DNA of 44,954 bases from Andalucia godoyi And28 (Eukaryota; Protista; Jakobida): contig VRVR01000063.1 in NCBI GenBank assembly GCA_009859145.1, forward strand, positions 15,283-60,236. The letters are read 5' to 3'. Of the stretch, positions 32,625-42,837 are shown piece after piece. A model generated the notes under the pieces. That model was given only the letters and a program-made list of their open reading frames with translations, did no database searches and had not been told where the DNA came from. Positions within the stretch are counted from its first letter, which is position 1. Every line of letters starts with the position of its first letter. The translations under genes and the position numbers were made by a program.

Positions 32625-35489
32625 CTACTCGGCAGCAGGCTCCGAGGTTGCGGAAGCGACTTCCTCGGCAATTCCCGAGTCTCTCTCCTGGGGTGGCGTA
32701 CAATCATCATTCAACTGCTCTTCACAATTCGAAGGGGCCGACTTTTCGTTCAAACCAGTGTCGGGCACCATTTCCGCCGCACTGATGCTCGTCTCTGGCT
32801 CGGAAATTCGCGACTCTTCACTGGCGACGTCTTCTTTCTCTGGCGCCGCTTCCGTCTCCACGATGACGGTAGAGACGTCAATGCTCGATGACATCTTGCA
32901 TTCTGCAACATGCGATGATGATCCACACTCCGCGTCGTCTGTGCTCATGTCGAGCATGGGGATGGCGGGAGACAAAGGCAGAGCTGCAGACTTGCGCCGT
33001 TTCCAGAACCAGACTCCTCCAACGACAAGGGCGCCGAGGACCACCAGAGGAACCACAACAATTGCAGCAATGTCTCCTGCAGACAGTGAGCCCGATCCGC
33101 TTCCGTCAGACGATGGGGAAGAAGGGCTTCGGAGCGCGTACAAAACCGTCACAGTCGGTTGTGATCCGGAGCTGCGGACAGAGTGCAGAGCAGGTGTAGG
33201 AGACAACGGTGTCGGATTGAACAGACCGACGTACACCGGCCCGCTCGCAAGGATCGACAGTGTTGCCGTTGTCGACTCGATGCGCTGCATGACTTCCCAG
33301 CTGGCCGAAGAGGGCGACGGGTTCGATGTCGACAGATATGCGTCCACCGTGCCTCCGGTCACCGTGACAGTGATTTCGACGGTGCGGGCGCCGGCGGTTG
33401 CGAACGGAGGTGTGGAAACGAATTTTGGCTGGCCGGGAGCAACAGCACCTACCAGCACCTCTGAATTCTCGGCGACAACCTCTGTCTCTGACAGCGCAAT
33501 CCAGGCACTGCCTGCCGCCGATCCACGCATGCACACGAAGCACTTTGCACCTCGCACAAACCACGCGCTCGCCGACGTGAGCGTCGTCACATTCAGCGCC
33601 AGGCTCAGCGACGCTCCTTTGGTGCTTGCAGTCGGCAGCGTTTCAAATGTGCTGACATTGCACGAGGCAAACGATTCCACGGTCACTGCCTGGCGATTCC
33701 ATGTCGCATACACAGCAAGGGAGGCATTCGGCGAGCTCAGCTGGTGCGACGCACACTGCCAGTCTGTCGACAGCAGCGACAGTTCCGTGGGCGATAGTGC
33801 AGTCTCCGAAACATTGTAGACGTTGCACCGCGGAGCTCTGTCCACGCTGGAGACTCCGCTGCTGCAGGCCGTGCAGTATGGTGATGCAGTTGGCGAGTAC
33901 GTTCCTACTGGGCATGCATCGCACGCCCCGCTTGCATAGATGCCCGTGTAGGTTCCTGCAGGACACGGGCCGCATCCAGAGTTTCCTGATCCGGGAGCAA
34001 ACCACCCCGGGTAACACTGCACACAGCTTGCCGATCCGCTTGCGGGATACCATCCAGCAGCGCACGGTGTGCAGACGCTGACATTGTTCGCACCAACGAC
34101 TGACGACGCCTGTCCAAAGGGACAGTAGTAGCAGGAAGGCTGGTCGGGCAGATTCTGCCAGGTGCCTGCTGAGCACTGTGCACAGGTCGTTGCGCTGACG
34201 CGGTACTGGCCGGGAGCGCATGTGCAAGCGCCGCAGGACGTCGATCCGACAGCGGGCGCGCACTGTCCGGTGCTGCAAGCTGTGCAGGTAGCGCTGCCCG
34301 CCGCCGACGAGAACGAGTTCACGGCACATGGAATGCACGATGTTGCATTCGTCGAGCCGTTGCTCGGATTGTACGTGCCCGCGGGACAAAGCAAACAGGA
34401 TGCGTTGGATGTCGAGCTGGTATTCGGATTGTAGGTACCAGTAGGACACGATGTACAGTTAAGGGCTCCGTAGGCAGCAGTGTATGTTCCAGCAGCGCAC
34501 TCCTCGCAGCTTTGACCATTTTTGCCGGCAGAACCCGGCAAACATGTGATAGTCATCACGGTTCCCTTGCTGGCATATACTGCGTCTTGAAAAGCAACAT
34601 ACGGGGCTCCAGAGCTATCGAGTGCAAGATTAACGCCAGTTGCGGCTCCAGCAGAAAAGCCAGCTGATCCGACTGCTGCCCACACACCACTAGTGTACTT
34701 CATTACTGTTGCTTTGTTGGCGTTTCCTGCATCTTGAAAAGCAACGTATGGGACTCCAGAACTATCAAGTGTAAGACTCGTGTAACTTACGGCTCCAGCA
34801 GAAAAGCCAGCTGATCCGACTGCTGCCCACACACCACTAGTGTACTTCATTACTGTTGCCTTGTTGGCGTTTCCTGCATCTTGAAAAGCAACGTACGGGA
34901 CTCCAGAACTGTCGAGCGCAAACCTCATGTAACTTGCGGCTCCAGCAGAAAAGCCAGCTGATCCGACTGCTGTCCACGCACTGCCATTGTACTTCATTAC
35001 TGTCGCCTTGTAAGCATTTCCTGCATCCATAAAAGCAATATATGGTCCTCCGGAGCTGTCGAACGCAAGAGTCGTGTATTGTGCGGATCCAGCAGAAAAG
35101 CCAGCTGATCCGACTGCTGCCCACACACCACTAGTGTACTTCATTACTGTTGCCTTGTTAGAGTTTCCTGTATCTCGAAAGGTAACATACGGGACTCCAG
35201 AACCATCGAGCACAACATTCGTGTAACTTGCGACTGCAGCAGAAAAGCCAGCTGATCCGACTGCTGTCCACGCACTGCCATTGTACTTCATTACTGTCGC
35301 CTTGTAGCCATTTCCTGCATCTTGAAAAGCAACATATGGAACTCCAGAACTATCAAGTGCAAGACTCGTGAAATCAGCACCTCCAGCAGAAAAGCCAGCG
35401 TTCCCAACGCTGACCCAAGCGCTGAGCTGCTGCCCATGAGTCAAACAAACTATCGTGCAGAGGAGAACAACCTGGAGAACCAGTCTCAT
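32625..35489 (-). CDS. Type I surface protein: signal peptide, six 49-aa propeller-like repeats, Cys-rich GCC2/GCC3 (ephrin-receptor-like) repeats, TM helix and acidic tail (954 aa)
   Basis: N-terminal hydrophobic signal; repeats WxAVGSAGFSAG...LDSSGVPYVAFQDAGNxxKATVMKY; multiple CPAGTY..G...C..C units; TM segment IAAIVVVPLVVLGALVVGGVWFW followed by KRRK. Confidence 0.9.
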   Translation of the reverse strand: MRLVLQVVLLCTIVCLTHGQQLSAWVSVGNAGFSAGGADFTSLALDSSGVPYVAFQDAGNGYKATVMKYNGSAWTAVGSAGFSAAVASYTNVVLDGSGVPYVTFRDTGNSNKATVMKYTSGVWAAVGSAGFSAGSAQYTTLAFDSSGGPYIAFMDAGNAYKATVMKYNGSAWTAVGSAGFSAGAASYMRFALDSSGVPYVAFQDAGNANKATVMKYTSGVWAAVGSAGFSAGAVSYTSLTLDSSGVPYVAFQDAGNANKATVMKYTSGVWAAVGSAGFSAGAATGVNLALDSSGAPYVAFQDAVYASKGTVMTITCLPGSAGKNGQSCEECAAGTYTAAYGALNCTSCPTGTYNPNTSSTSNASCLLCPAGTYNPSNGSTNATSCIPCAVNSFSSAAGSATCTACSTGQCAPAVGSTSCGACTCAPGQYRVSATTCAQCSAGTWQNLPDQPSCYYCPFGQASSVVGANNVSVCTPCAAGWYPASGSASCVQCYPGWFAPGSGNSGCGPCPAGTYTGIYASGACDACPVGTYSPTASPYCTACSSGVSSVDRAPRCNVYNVSETALSPTELSLLSTDWQCASHQLSSPNASLAVYATWNRQAVTVESFASCNVSTFETLPTASTKGASLSLALNVTTLTSASAWFVRGAKCFVCMRGSAAGSAWIALSETEVVAENSEVLVGAVAPGQPKFVSTPPFATAGARTVEITVTVTGGTVDAYLSTSNPSPSSASWEVMQRIESTTATLSILASGPVYVGLFNPTPLSPTPALHSVRSSGSQPTVTVLYALRSPSSPSSDGSGSGSLSAGDIAAIVVVPLVVLGALVVGGVWFWKRRKSAALPLSPAIPMLDMSTDDAECGSSSHVAECKMSSSIDVSTVIVETEAAPEKEDVASEESRISEPETSISAAEMVPDTGLNEKSAPSNCEEQLNDDCTPPQERDSGIAEEVASATSEPAAE
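34550..35417 (-). repeat. Six coding tandem repeats of 147 bp
   Basis: The plus-strand motif CCAGCAGAAAAGCCAGCTGATCCGACTGCTG and its variants recur at 147-bp spacing, in frame within the 32625-35489 CDS. Confidence 0.93.
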
Positions 35490-36582
35490 TTTCTTCGTTT
35501 ACTTAAGAACATTTCAATGAAAAAGAAGAAAGAAAATGAGGGAAAAGCGAGTCTTGTTGCAACCCAGGAATTGCCAGAAGACTGGCTGCCATCCCTTTTC
35601 CGCGATTCAGCGATTTCCTCCGCGCCATGCAAGCAGAGCGATCCAGCTGTTCGTTACTCATGTATCTTGTTGAGACCGGAGCACATCATTTGCCGTCGAT
35701 AGATCCGCTGCCGCTCGCTCCAGCTCCGAAAGTATTCCGTTTTTGGATATCCGCTTCAAAGCAAGCCGCACAATTGTCACGTATCAGCATCCATTGTATT
35801 TCGTCTGCTGGTGCTGGACAGCTTTTCCGTCACGTAACAGGATGGTGGATGTTTCATCGGAACAACAACAGATGAACGAAGCAAAAGTAACGACCACTGC
35901 AGCAGACACCGTCAATCAGCCAAGCTGTCGCCACAGATTTGCCATCGGACGACGTGGACAAAGATGATGGCATTTCCATCCCACTGCCATCCTCCGACCA
36001 TTGAGAAAGGGCCTGTATCAGCAAAGAATGACTTCCATTTTTGCAGTCACACGAAAAGGATGGTGATGACGGAAGACACAGCTCTCGCCTGCATCTGAAC
36101 AACAGCGCATCCGTCTTCTTGCCGATCAGGTTGCTTGCTGTTGCTCCAACACATTCTCGCTCCCAGCCATTCCCAACAACACGGACCTGCAAATCGTCTG
36201 AATGTCAAATTCACGAAACCATTTCACGATCATGGACATAGAGTTGGAATCTCAATGTTGTCCACATTCTTGAGTTGCACAATCTTCTAGCTACTTTGAC
36301 CTCTGCTCCGAAGACAAAAAAACGGAAAAGTTGTGCGTTAAAAGGCGATTGCTGTTTACTGCAAGAGAGCTTCCGAAGTTGATCCGGTTTGCTTGACCAA
36401 ACGCACCGCGCCTGAACAATCTCAATTTGAACGTACCCTTCGTCTCGAATGTCTGGTGCTTCTTGTCTTTTTGCAGGTGACCTTCCAGATGGATTGCATG
36501 GCGTTTATGACAAACGTAATACTGTGGAAGTATGTCGAGGCTCTCCTAGACCAAATACTCAGTGCGGCTGATTTCCAAGCAG

Positions 36583-37830
36583 CTATTGCGCCGGGAGTTC
36601 AGCGAACTGACGACCACGCACAGCTGCACAGAACTCTCGTATTCGAACTGCCATCGCATTGTCCGCAATGCTGCGTTCTTCCAATTCAAAAAGTGTCGGA
36701 ACCGTGCTCCTCAGCTGCTGGAAAAACAATCGCAGAGAATCGCGGCCGAACAACACCGGTGTATCAAGCGAGGCATCCAGCAGGTGAGCGATGATTTCTC
36801 TTCGAATCTTGAACAGGTCATCTTTCGTTCGCACGCGCGAATGAGAATCCTGTTGCAGATTCTTCTCATCAAGAACGATGGCCTCCGGCTCTCCCACTCC
36901 ATGCACGGGTCCACGCTGCAGCATCCCGGTTAACTGGAGTTGACGTGACACGGAGAGTGATTCGACAATGGCAGACGATGCAGTGGACACGACAGGCGGA
37001 GCTTCTCCGTCCCAGGAACACAGCGTGTGGGAATCAAATGACAGCAACATGCACAGTGCACGCAAGCCCTGTATGTCCAGAGCAACGGGATTAGTTTGCA
37101 GCAGATCATAGTCCCAGCCGCTGCACGTCTGCAGAATGCGCAGATGCAAGAAGACGATCGAGGTGCGGTTGCACGCAAAACCCCAGTACGAGCGTCGGCG
37201 TATCCCGCACTCTTCGACCAAGTGTGCAAAGCGTTGATACACTTGCTGGACAGCCTCCTTCAACTTCGCATCCGCAACCTCACCGCTCGATGCTTTGAGC
37301 TCTCCCACAAGACACGCTTCGAAATATGTGGCAAGTCGCCTGGCAACACGTCCTCGGCAAAACAGCAAGTCCACACGCTGGATCAGTCCATACAGGCCGC
37401 TTCTCGAAAAGTCGACCACATGCACATCGCCGTGTTTGGAAAGAAACCGAGTGAAAAACAATTGAAATTGATCTTGCAGCGGTGGCTCCGTACAGTCCAA
37501 ACGGAAACTTCCAACTGTGTCATTCCACATTGTCTGGAAATCATCCCAGTGCAAAGGAGCGGGAGCGGCCGCGAAGACTTGTTGGAGAGAGACGTTCGAA
37601 GTGTACAATTTTGTGCCGCGGCTGCGTGATGACGACCCAACGGCCAACAAATCCTGCGACAATTTGGAGAGGAAGTACTTGATATTTGACACCTCCTCTG
37701 CTGCTTGGGACTTCCTCGCTTGTTCTTCGGCAGCAAGTCTTCTTTGATGCTCTGCCTCTTTCTCTAGGCTCAGCTGCTCAATGCGCTTGAGCAGCTCCTG
37801 AACCTTATCATCTGAATCAGACGAACTCAT
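36583..37830 (-). CDS. Coiled-coil plus PD-(D/E)XK (restriction-endonuclease-like) domain protein, Crinkler/FunK1-associated type
   Basis: From ATG 37830: coiled-coil EKEAEHQRRLAAEEQARK, then RVDLLF (Asp 37369-37371)...LVGELK (37294-37302)...EAVQQVYQRF...YWGFACN...IVFL. Confidence 0.6.
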   Translation of the reverse strand: MSSSDSDDKVQELLKRIEQLSLEKEAEHQRRLAAEEQARKSQAAEEVSNIKYFLSKLSQDLLAVGSSSRSRGTKLYTSNVSLQQVFAAAPAPLHWDDFQTMWNDTVGSFRLDCTEPPLQDQFQLFFTRFLSKHGDVHVVDFSRSGLYGLIQRVDLLFCRGRVARRLATYFEACLVGELKASSGEVADAKLKEAVQQVYQRFAHLVEECGIRRRSYWGFACNRTSIVFLHLRILQTCSGWDYDLLQTNPVALDIQGLRALCMLLSFDSHTLCSWDGEAPPVVSTASSAIVESLSVSRQLQLTGMLQRGPVHGVGEPEAIVLDEKNLQQDSHSRVRTKDDLFKIRREIIAHLLDASLDTPVLFGRDSLRLFFQQLRSTVPTLFELEERSIADNAMAVRIREFCAAVRGRQFAELPAQ

Positions 37831-40800
37831 GGTAATCACAGAAAAATAAATGAGCTGACACCAAAGAAAGAAAATCAAATAAATGAAAAAAAAAAAAGAA
37901 AAGGGAAAAAACACGGCAAGCGCGGGGTTTTTCTGACTCCTCCAATGTCATGAGTATTGGTTTTTACAGACTCACATCCCGGAATAGCCCCCGCGGTTCA
38001 CGAATCCAGATGCGGAGGATGCTCCAGCGGACGCAGTTGCATTACAAACCCCGGCGAAACGACCAGCCCAGACGGAGTCGCTGCTTGAATTTCTGGACCG
38101 CAAATTGCAGGCTGGCTCTTCCACAACGCTCGCGAATGCGCTGCAGGAATACGTCAATGAGGAAACGAAGAGAGCACGGAAGCGAGTGCGTCTGTGCTCG
38201 GAACACGCAGAGCTTGTACAAAAGGCTGAAGAAATCGAGAAAGCTGAGAGAGCGGATGCATTCGAGGAGTCGCGGGAAGTATTTCTGGACGCGGAAGCGC
38301 ACATATGGGCGCACCAAACGGGAGGCCCATAAAAGTAGAATGAAGCGACTTTGGTATGAGACTATTTTATCCGATTATTGTCGACATGGTATTTGCTTGG
38401 ATGTCTCGCAGCGTTCAGGGTCACCTTGGATTCTCTTTGTTAATTACGTCTCCATACTCGTGGTTTCTGTTATCAGCAGGCTGCGTCTAAGATTCAATAC
38501 TGATATCGTTGAAGCACATGAGAAAAAAAACAAGTCGATTCATGAACAGAAATGAATACTGTTTCTTATGAAGTGTCTTATGTTGGGTTGGAATCTTCTT
38601 GAGACATAGTAGTTGTGTTTTGCAGAAAGAATATGCTGCGATAGCTCATCACTGGAGAGTCTACCATTCACGACTTCTGGTCTCCAGAAGAGTTGTGTGG
38701 AAATACGAAGACAGCGTTCGGAAATGAGCAAAGCAGAAAATGCAACATTTGGCGAATATTGCGTCACATCCTGTTCTCTTCGTTTGATCCAATGTTATTC
38801 ATCTGACGAACCAAGTTGTAGCGATGATCTTTACACCTTCGTTAATAAAAATTACTGCGGTGAAGGGCGGTTCGCCGAATCTGCTGACCGGTACTGTGCT
38901 GTTCATGACAGAAAAAGATCGTGAATGCAAAACACAAGGATATTCACAATTATTCAATGCGGTGTCTTGGATGGCTATCACGATTTACCCTTCGACGGTT
39001 CGACTTTCGAACAATAATTTGATTCTTCATAATGTGTTTCTGACAATTCCATCTGCTCTAAGACGAGGGTTGTATCCGCTGAATGAATTGAAGCTAATGA
39101 ATGCTGGTTGTTGGCTTGGAGCGTGAACATGCTTGAACCCCCGGACATTCTCGAAGGACCGTCATATACTGCAGGTCCAAACGGTCCTTGGTTCGTTCGA
39201 TAAATCCATTCTGGATTCATATTGTGCCATGTTGCACATTCATTAGCAATGTTTCTTGTGAACATCGAATTGCTGTTTGAATGGGACGAAGAAATAAATT
39301 CGTCACTCAAGTCGACCTGGCAGTTATTGGAACTTGCAAATGCTGTTGCTATAGCTCTGGAGATTAAAGACCGGAAAAGTGAAATGCCGTGGATTGGGAA
39401 AAAGACGATGTAGCATAAAAACAAGTGGATGCACCGGTGGAATTGGATATGATACACGCCGTTTTTCGTCGTTGTTCGACCTCTGGAAACCTGGAGGTAT
39501 GAGCTGGTCCACGTTAGAATGCCGTTCAGCACTCAAAACTGTGTTGGAAATTAAAGGCAAAGTATCGGACTGATTGGTGATCCAGAAGACGGAAGGAACG
39601 AGTGCAAAGGCGAAAAAATGTGGCCGAAGTTCAACAGAATACGCGAGTGTAGTCAAATGTATTTTTGCGAACTCGCGGACAACTATCATGAGCAGTGGAT
39701 ATCCTCGAGAGCAAAAATAGAAAAGAGGCAGGTTTCCAGTCAGCTGACTTGATTTGTCACAACTATCCACGTGAAGAAAATGTTTAGGCAGCTGTCGAAT
39801 CGTTCCTAGAATCACTAATTTGGCTGTAGAAGATGCTTGAACAACCCTTCGGGAAATGCTTTTCTCCCGGAAAGGCACACGAGCAAGGGGAACAAACCGA
39901 AAAGATGGATAGCGCACCCGCATGTGCTCAGACAACCGACTCCAGAAAATCCCCCTTTTCAATTTCGGCACTCTATAGGGTATTTCAATTCTGTTGTTAG
40001 CCTCGTGTATGCAGCCAAAACTCTCTCCGTGAATTTATTGGGCGCCGTGCAACCTGCAAGAAAGGTCTAGTCTTCGTAAAAGGCCTATAGTGCGGTTTGT
40101 TTTCCTTTTGTGGGACGACCGGAAGGGATATAGTGCTGTCACCCCCAATCAGTGCGATGCTTACTTGGCAACGAAGTTCCCGTAAACCATAGGCAACTCC
40201 AACGGGAATGCATCGCGAAAGAAACCAGACCAATGCTAGAGCCCCCAATGATCTGTGATTATGTGAACAAGCACGGCCTGCGCTTTAACATTGCAAAGGC
40301 CATTGTACTACAGCAGCAACATCCAGATGACCAATCAAAAGAGCAGAGCGCGGCCCAAGACAGTAAGCCCCCTCCCCCACGACCACGGGGATATTCATTT
40401 GCGCACGTTCATTGTCCATACTTCTGTAGTCAGCTGGCCGCTTTTCAAAACTGAAAGAGTTAGAAAGGAATTTTCAAAATATCCCGAACAAACGGAATCC
40501 CTCGTGGCTGGCCGTAAGGAGGGCAACAGACGCCAGTATCTTCGTGCGTTTTCGAAGCTTCGGCAAGATCTGGATCGACAGACCATGAAAACAGGAATGG
40601 GGTATGATATTCATTGCCGCGCGTTTCGTCGCTCGCTGTTGTACCGATGTCCCTGTGCATGGTGGTGTTTGGTGAATATCGCCACCGGAGACGGAAAACT
40701 GTTGATTTGAGTCCGAGTCATGCGATCAAGCAGGAAACGTCCCGCAAGTTCAGGGATGCATCAAATGAGGCTGGATGAATGAAAGATGAGGCAAGAAGGT

Positions 40801-40954
40801 TTTTCTGCGACTTCTTGCGCCGCATGTTTCTGAATCCATCCTAAAGAGAGCCAAAAATAGAATCTGTGGTTTTTAACAGCTTTTCAAAATCCAATCTTTT
40901 CTTCACGAAGAAGACCTCCTCTTTTCTTTCTGTTTCATTACTTTCAGAACCATC

Positions 40955-42166
40955 ATGATCGCAAATTTACCTATTCTAATCATTCATCATATCCTTCGAT
41001 TCCTGCTTTTCAAAGACATTCTCTCCATCCGCTTGTCGTCGAAATCTCACCATGATGCCATTGTTTCCTCGCTCGAAACGGGTGCACTGATTTACTTTCC
41101 GGATGAAGCGTGGCCCCTCCAGGTCGTCGAATTTCTGGAAAAGTTTCCCTCCACGATGGCGTGTTTCGACAGTGCCCGTATTGCCAGCGAAGCGGAACGA
41201 CGTGTACATCGCCAATTCAAATCTCGACTGTTCTTTCAAAGCCAGTTTGTGCTTCCCTCAGTTGCAGGTGTATATTCAGGAAATTCTCGGGAAACACGGA
41301 CACTTTTGCCGCATGATCCGATAGACTTTATGGGAGAAGATTTGGAAAACGCTGAAATACCATTTGATGATTACTATGGGAATTTGTGCATTGCACAAGA
41401 AGTATGTGTTGGGGACTTGGAAGACATTGTCCAGCGGTTTCCAAAGTGGGATCTCGCCGTTCGCTTTCTCAACATTGACTTTTCAGAATCACATGAATTG
41501 CGAATCCCCAATGCTCGCTGGATGCGATGCGAAGACGTCCGAATCGATCTTGAATCGCCCGACTGCTCATTTGGAGCTGTTCTTCCGATTTCAAATCGCG
41601 TAGTATGTGTGCCTTCGGAGCATTCAACAGTTTGCGCCTGGAAATGGTTCTTGTCTGTGAGCCATCGCTTCCTGGGAGCCAAGGAACTGACTGTGGTGGT
41701 ATACCAGTCACGGTTGGACCCGGTATTATTGGAGTCGATTTCGAGAATGCCGAGCATACCCAGCTTGCAATACTGGGAGATTGTATGGGTCCCGAAAGAG
41801 CACAATTCAGTTTCCGTTCGATTTTCGCAAGCAGATGCTGTTGTCACCGTAACGATTGACAGAAATTCCCTCTGGCGGTCGGATGGTCTCTCGCCAGTCA
41901 AACTGTTCCCACTGCAGTTTCTCAACCCACTGTTCACAGAGCTGGTTGTGATCATTGCCTTGCCACAGACTTGGCACCAACCGCTCTTGCTGCCCGGATC
42001 GACTGTCATTCAAAGCCTGACTATTTATCAGAAATCGAATTGCACGTGTCCGAGCTTGCAATTCGGCGAATTTCCCAATCTCTTGCATTTTAATATGATC
42101 GGCCCGGTTCCAGGTGAATGGATGAGTTTGTTTCCGGCTGCTTCAAAGCGAATATCTCGTGAATAA
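40955..42166 (+). CDS. F-box-like protein
   Basis: N-terminal NLPILIIHHILRFLLFKDILSIRLSSK fits the F-box consensus; intact 403 aa with a TAA stop. Confidence 0.65.
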   Translation: MIANLPILIIHHILRFLLFKDILSIRLSSKSHHDAIVSSLETGALIYFPDEAWPLQVVEFLEKFPSTMACFDSARIASEAERRVHRQFKSRLFFQSQFVLPSVAGVYSGNSRETRTLLPHDPIDFMGEDLENAEIPFDDYYGNLCIAQEVCVGDLEDIVQRFPKWDLAVRFLNIDFSESHELRIPNARWMRCEDVRIDLESPDCSFGAVLPISNRVVCVPSEHSTVCAWKWFLSVSHRFLGAKELTVVVYQSRLDPVLLESISRMPSIPSLQYWEIVWVPKEHNSVSVRFSQADAVVTVTIDRNSLWRSDGLSPVKLFPLQFLNPLFTELVVIIALPQTWHQPLLLPGSTVIQSLTIYQKSNCTCPSLQFGEFPNLLHFNMIGPVPGEWMSLFPAASKRISRE

Positions 42167-42837
42167 AGATGTTTCCTGCGGTATGACATAAAAGGAACGA
42201 AGCATCGCACAAGAGTTGAAAAATCTTGAAAAGCGATGTCCACAAAAAAAAACCCCCAAAAAATCCACACTAGACTGTCAACGCTGACGATGATGAGCTC
42301 ACGGAAGAATGCGAAACGTATTCGAATTGTTGCGATCTAGCCGTAGTATTCATCAGACAGCCAGATCCCAAATGGCAAAACATGCATTGATTGGCGAAAA
42401 GGGAAACTCTAAACAAATGAAGTCTAGCCAACATGGAAGAACTGTGTTTTACAATCCTTCTTTGCTAACTGAAAACTGCAGCATCATTGAAAATTGTTTG
42501 GAGAATCTTCCAGAGGCGAAAATTGCATTGATAGCATTTTGCTGGAAACGAGGTTTCCTGCCTTTTTCAAGTTTTTGATCGATTTTGTTTTCAAAATGGA
42601 ACAAACAATTGAGTTTTCTTGAGTCGGCGTGGGCAAAGAAAGAGGGTTGCGAGGGGTTACTCCTTTTATTTTTCGTTTTACATTTTTCAAAACGGGCTCA
42701 TTCTTGTACTGCGTTGCAAGCGATTGGTCTCACCTTCGTTCCGTAATCTCAGAAGATGGACAGAACCGAGAAAATTAATAACAGAATTAGACAATTTGTC
42801 CTGCAAGGTACATCGTCAAGCACTGGACAAGCAGAAA

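Noticed and set aside
34550-35417. CRISPR-like array
   Set aside because: The units are 147-bp in-frame coding repeats with no unique spacers and no cas genes.
1799-36585. Genome-wide reassignment of TAG to a sense codon
   Set aside because: TAG appears to terminate several genes (11045, 11196, 19427, 25468, 32625, 36583). Reading through the MADS TAG would run more than 220 codons antisense into the 10095 gene. Three ~1000-codon ORFs contain no internal TAG. Only context-dependent recoding remains possible.
38340-40710. Fragmentary hydrophobic ORFs, possibly a decayed membrane gene
   Set aside because: No consistent frame or motif could be reconstructed by eye. The same applies to 12500-13450, 24000-25170, 35700-36500 and the Cys-rich 43923-44279.
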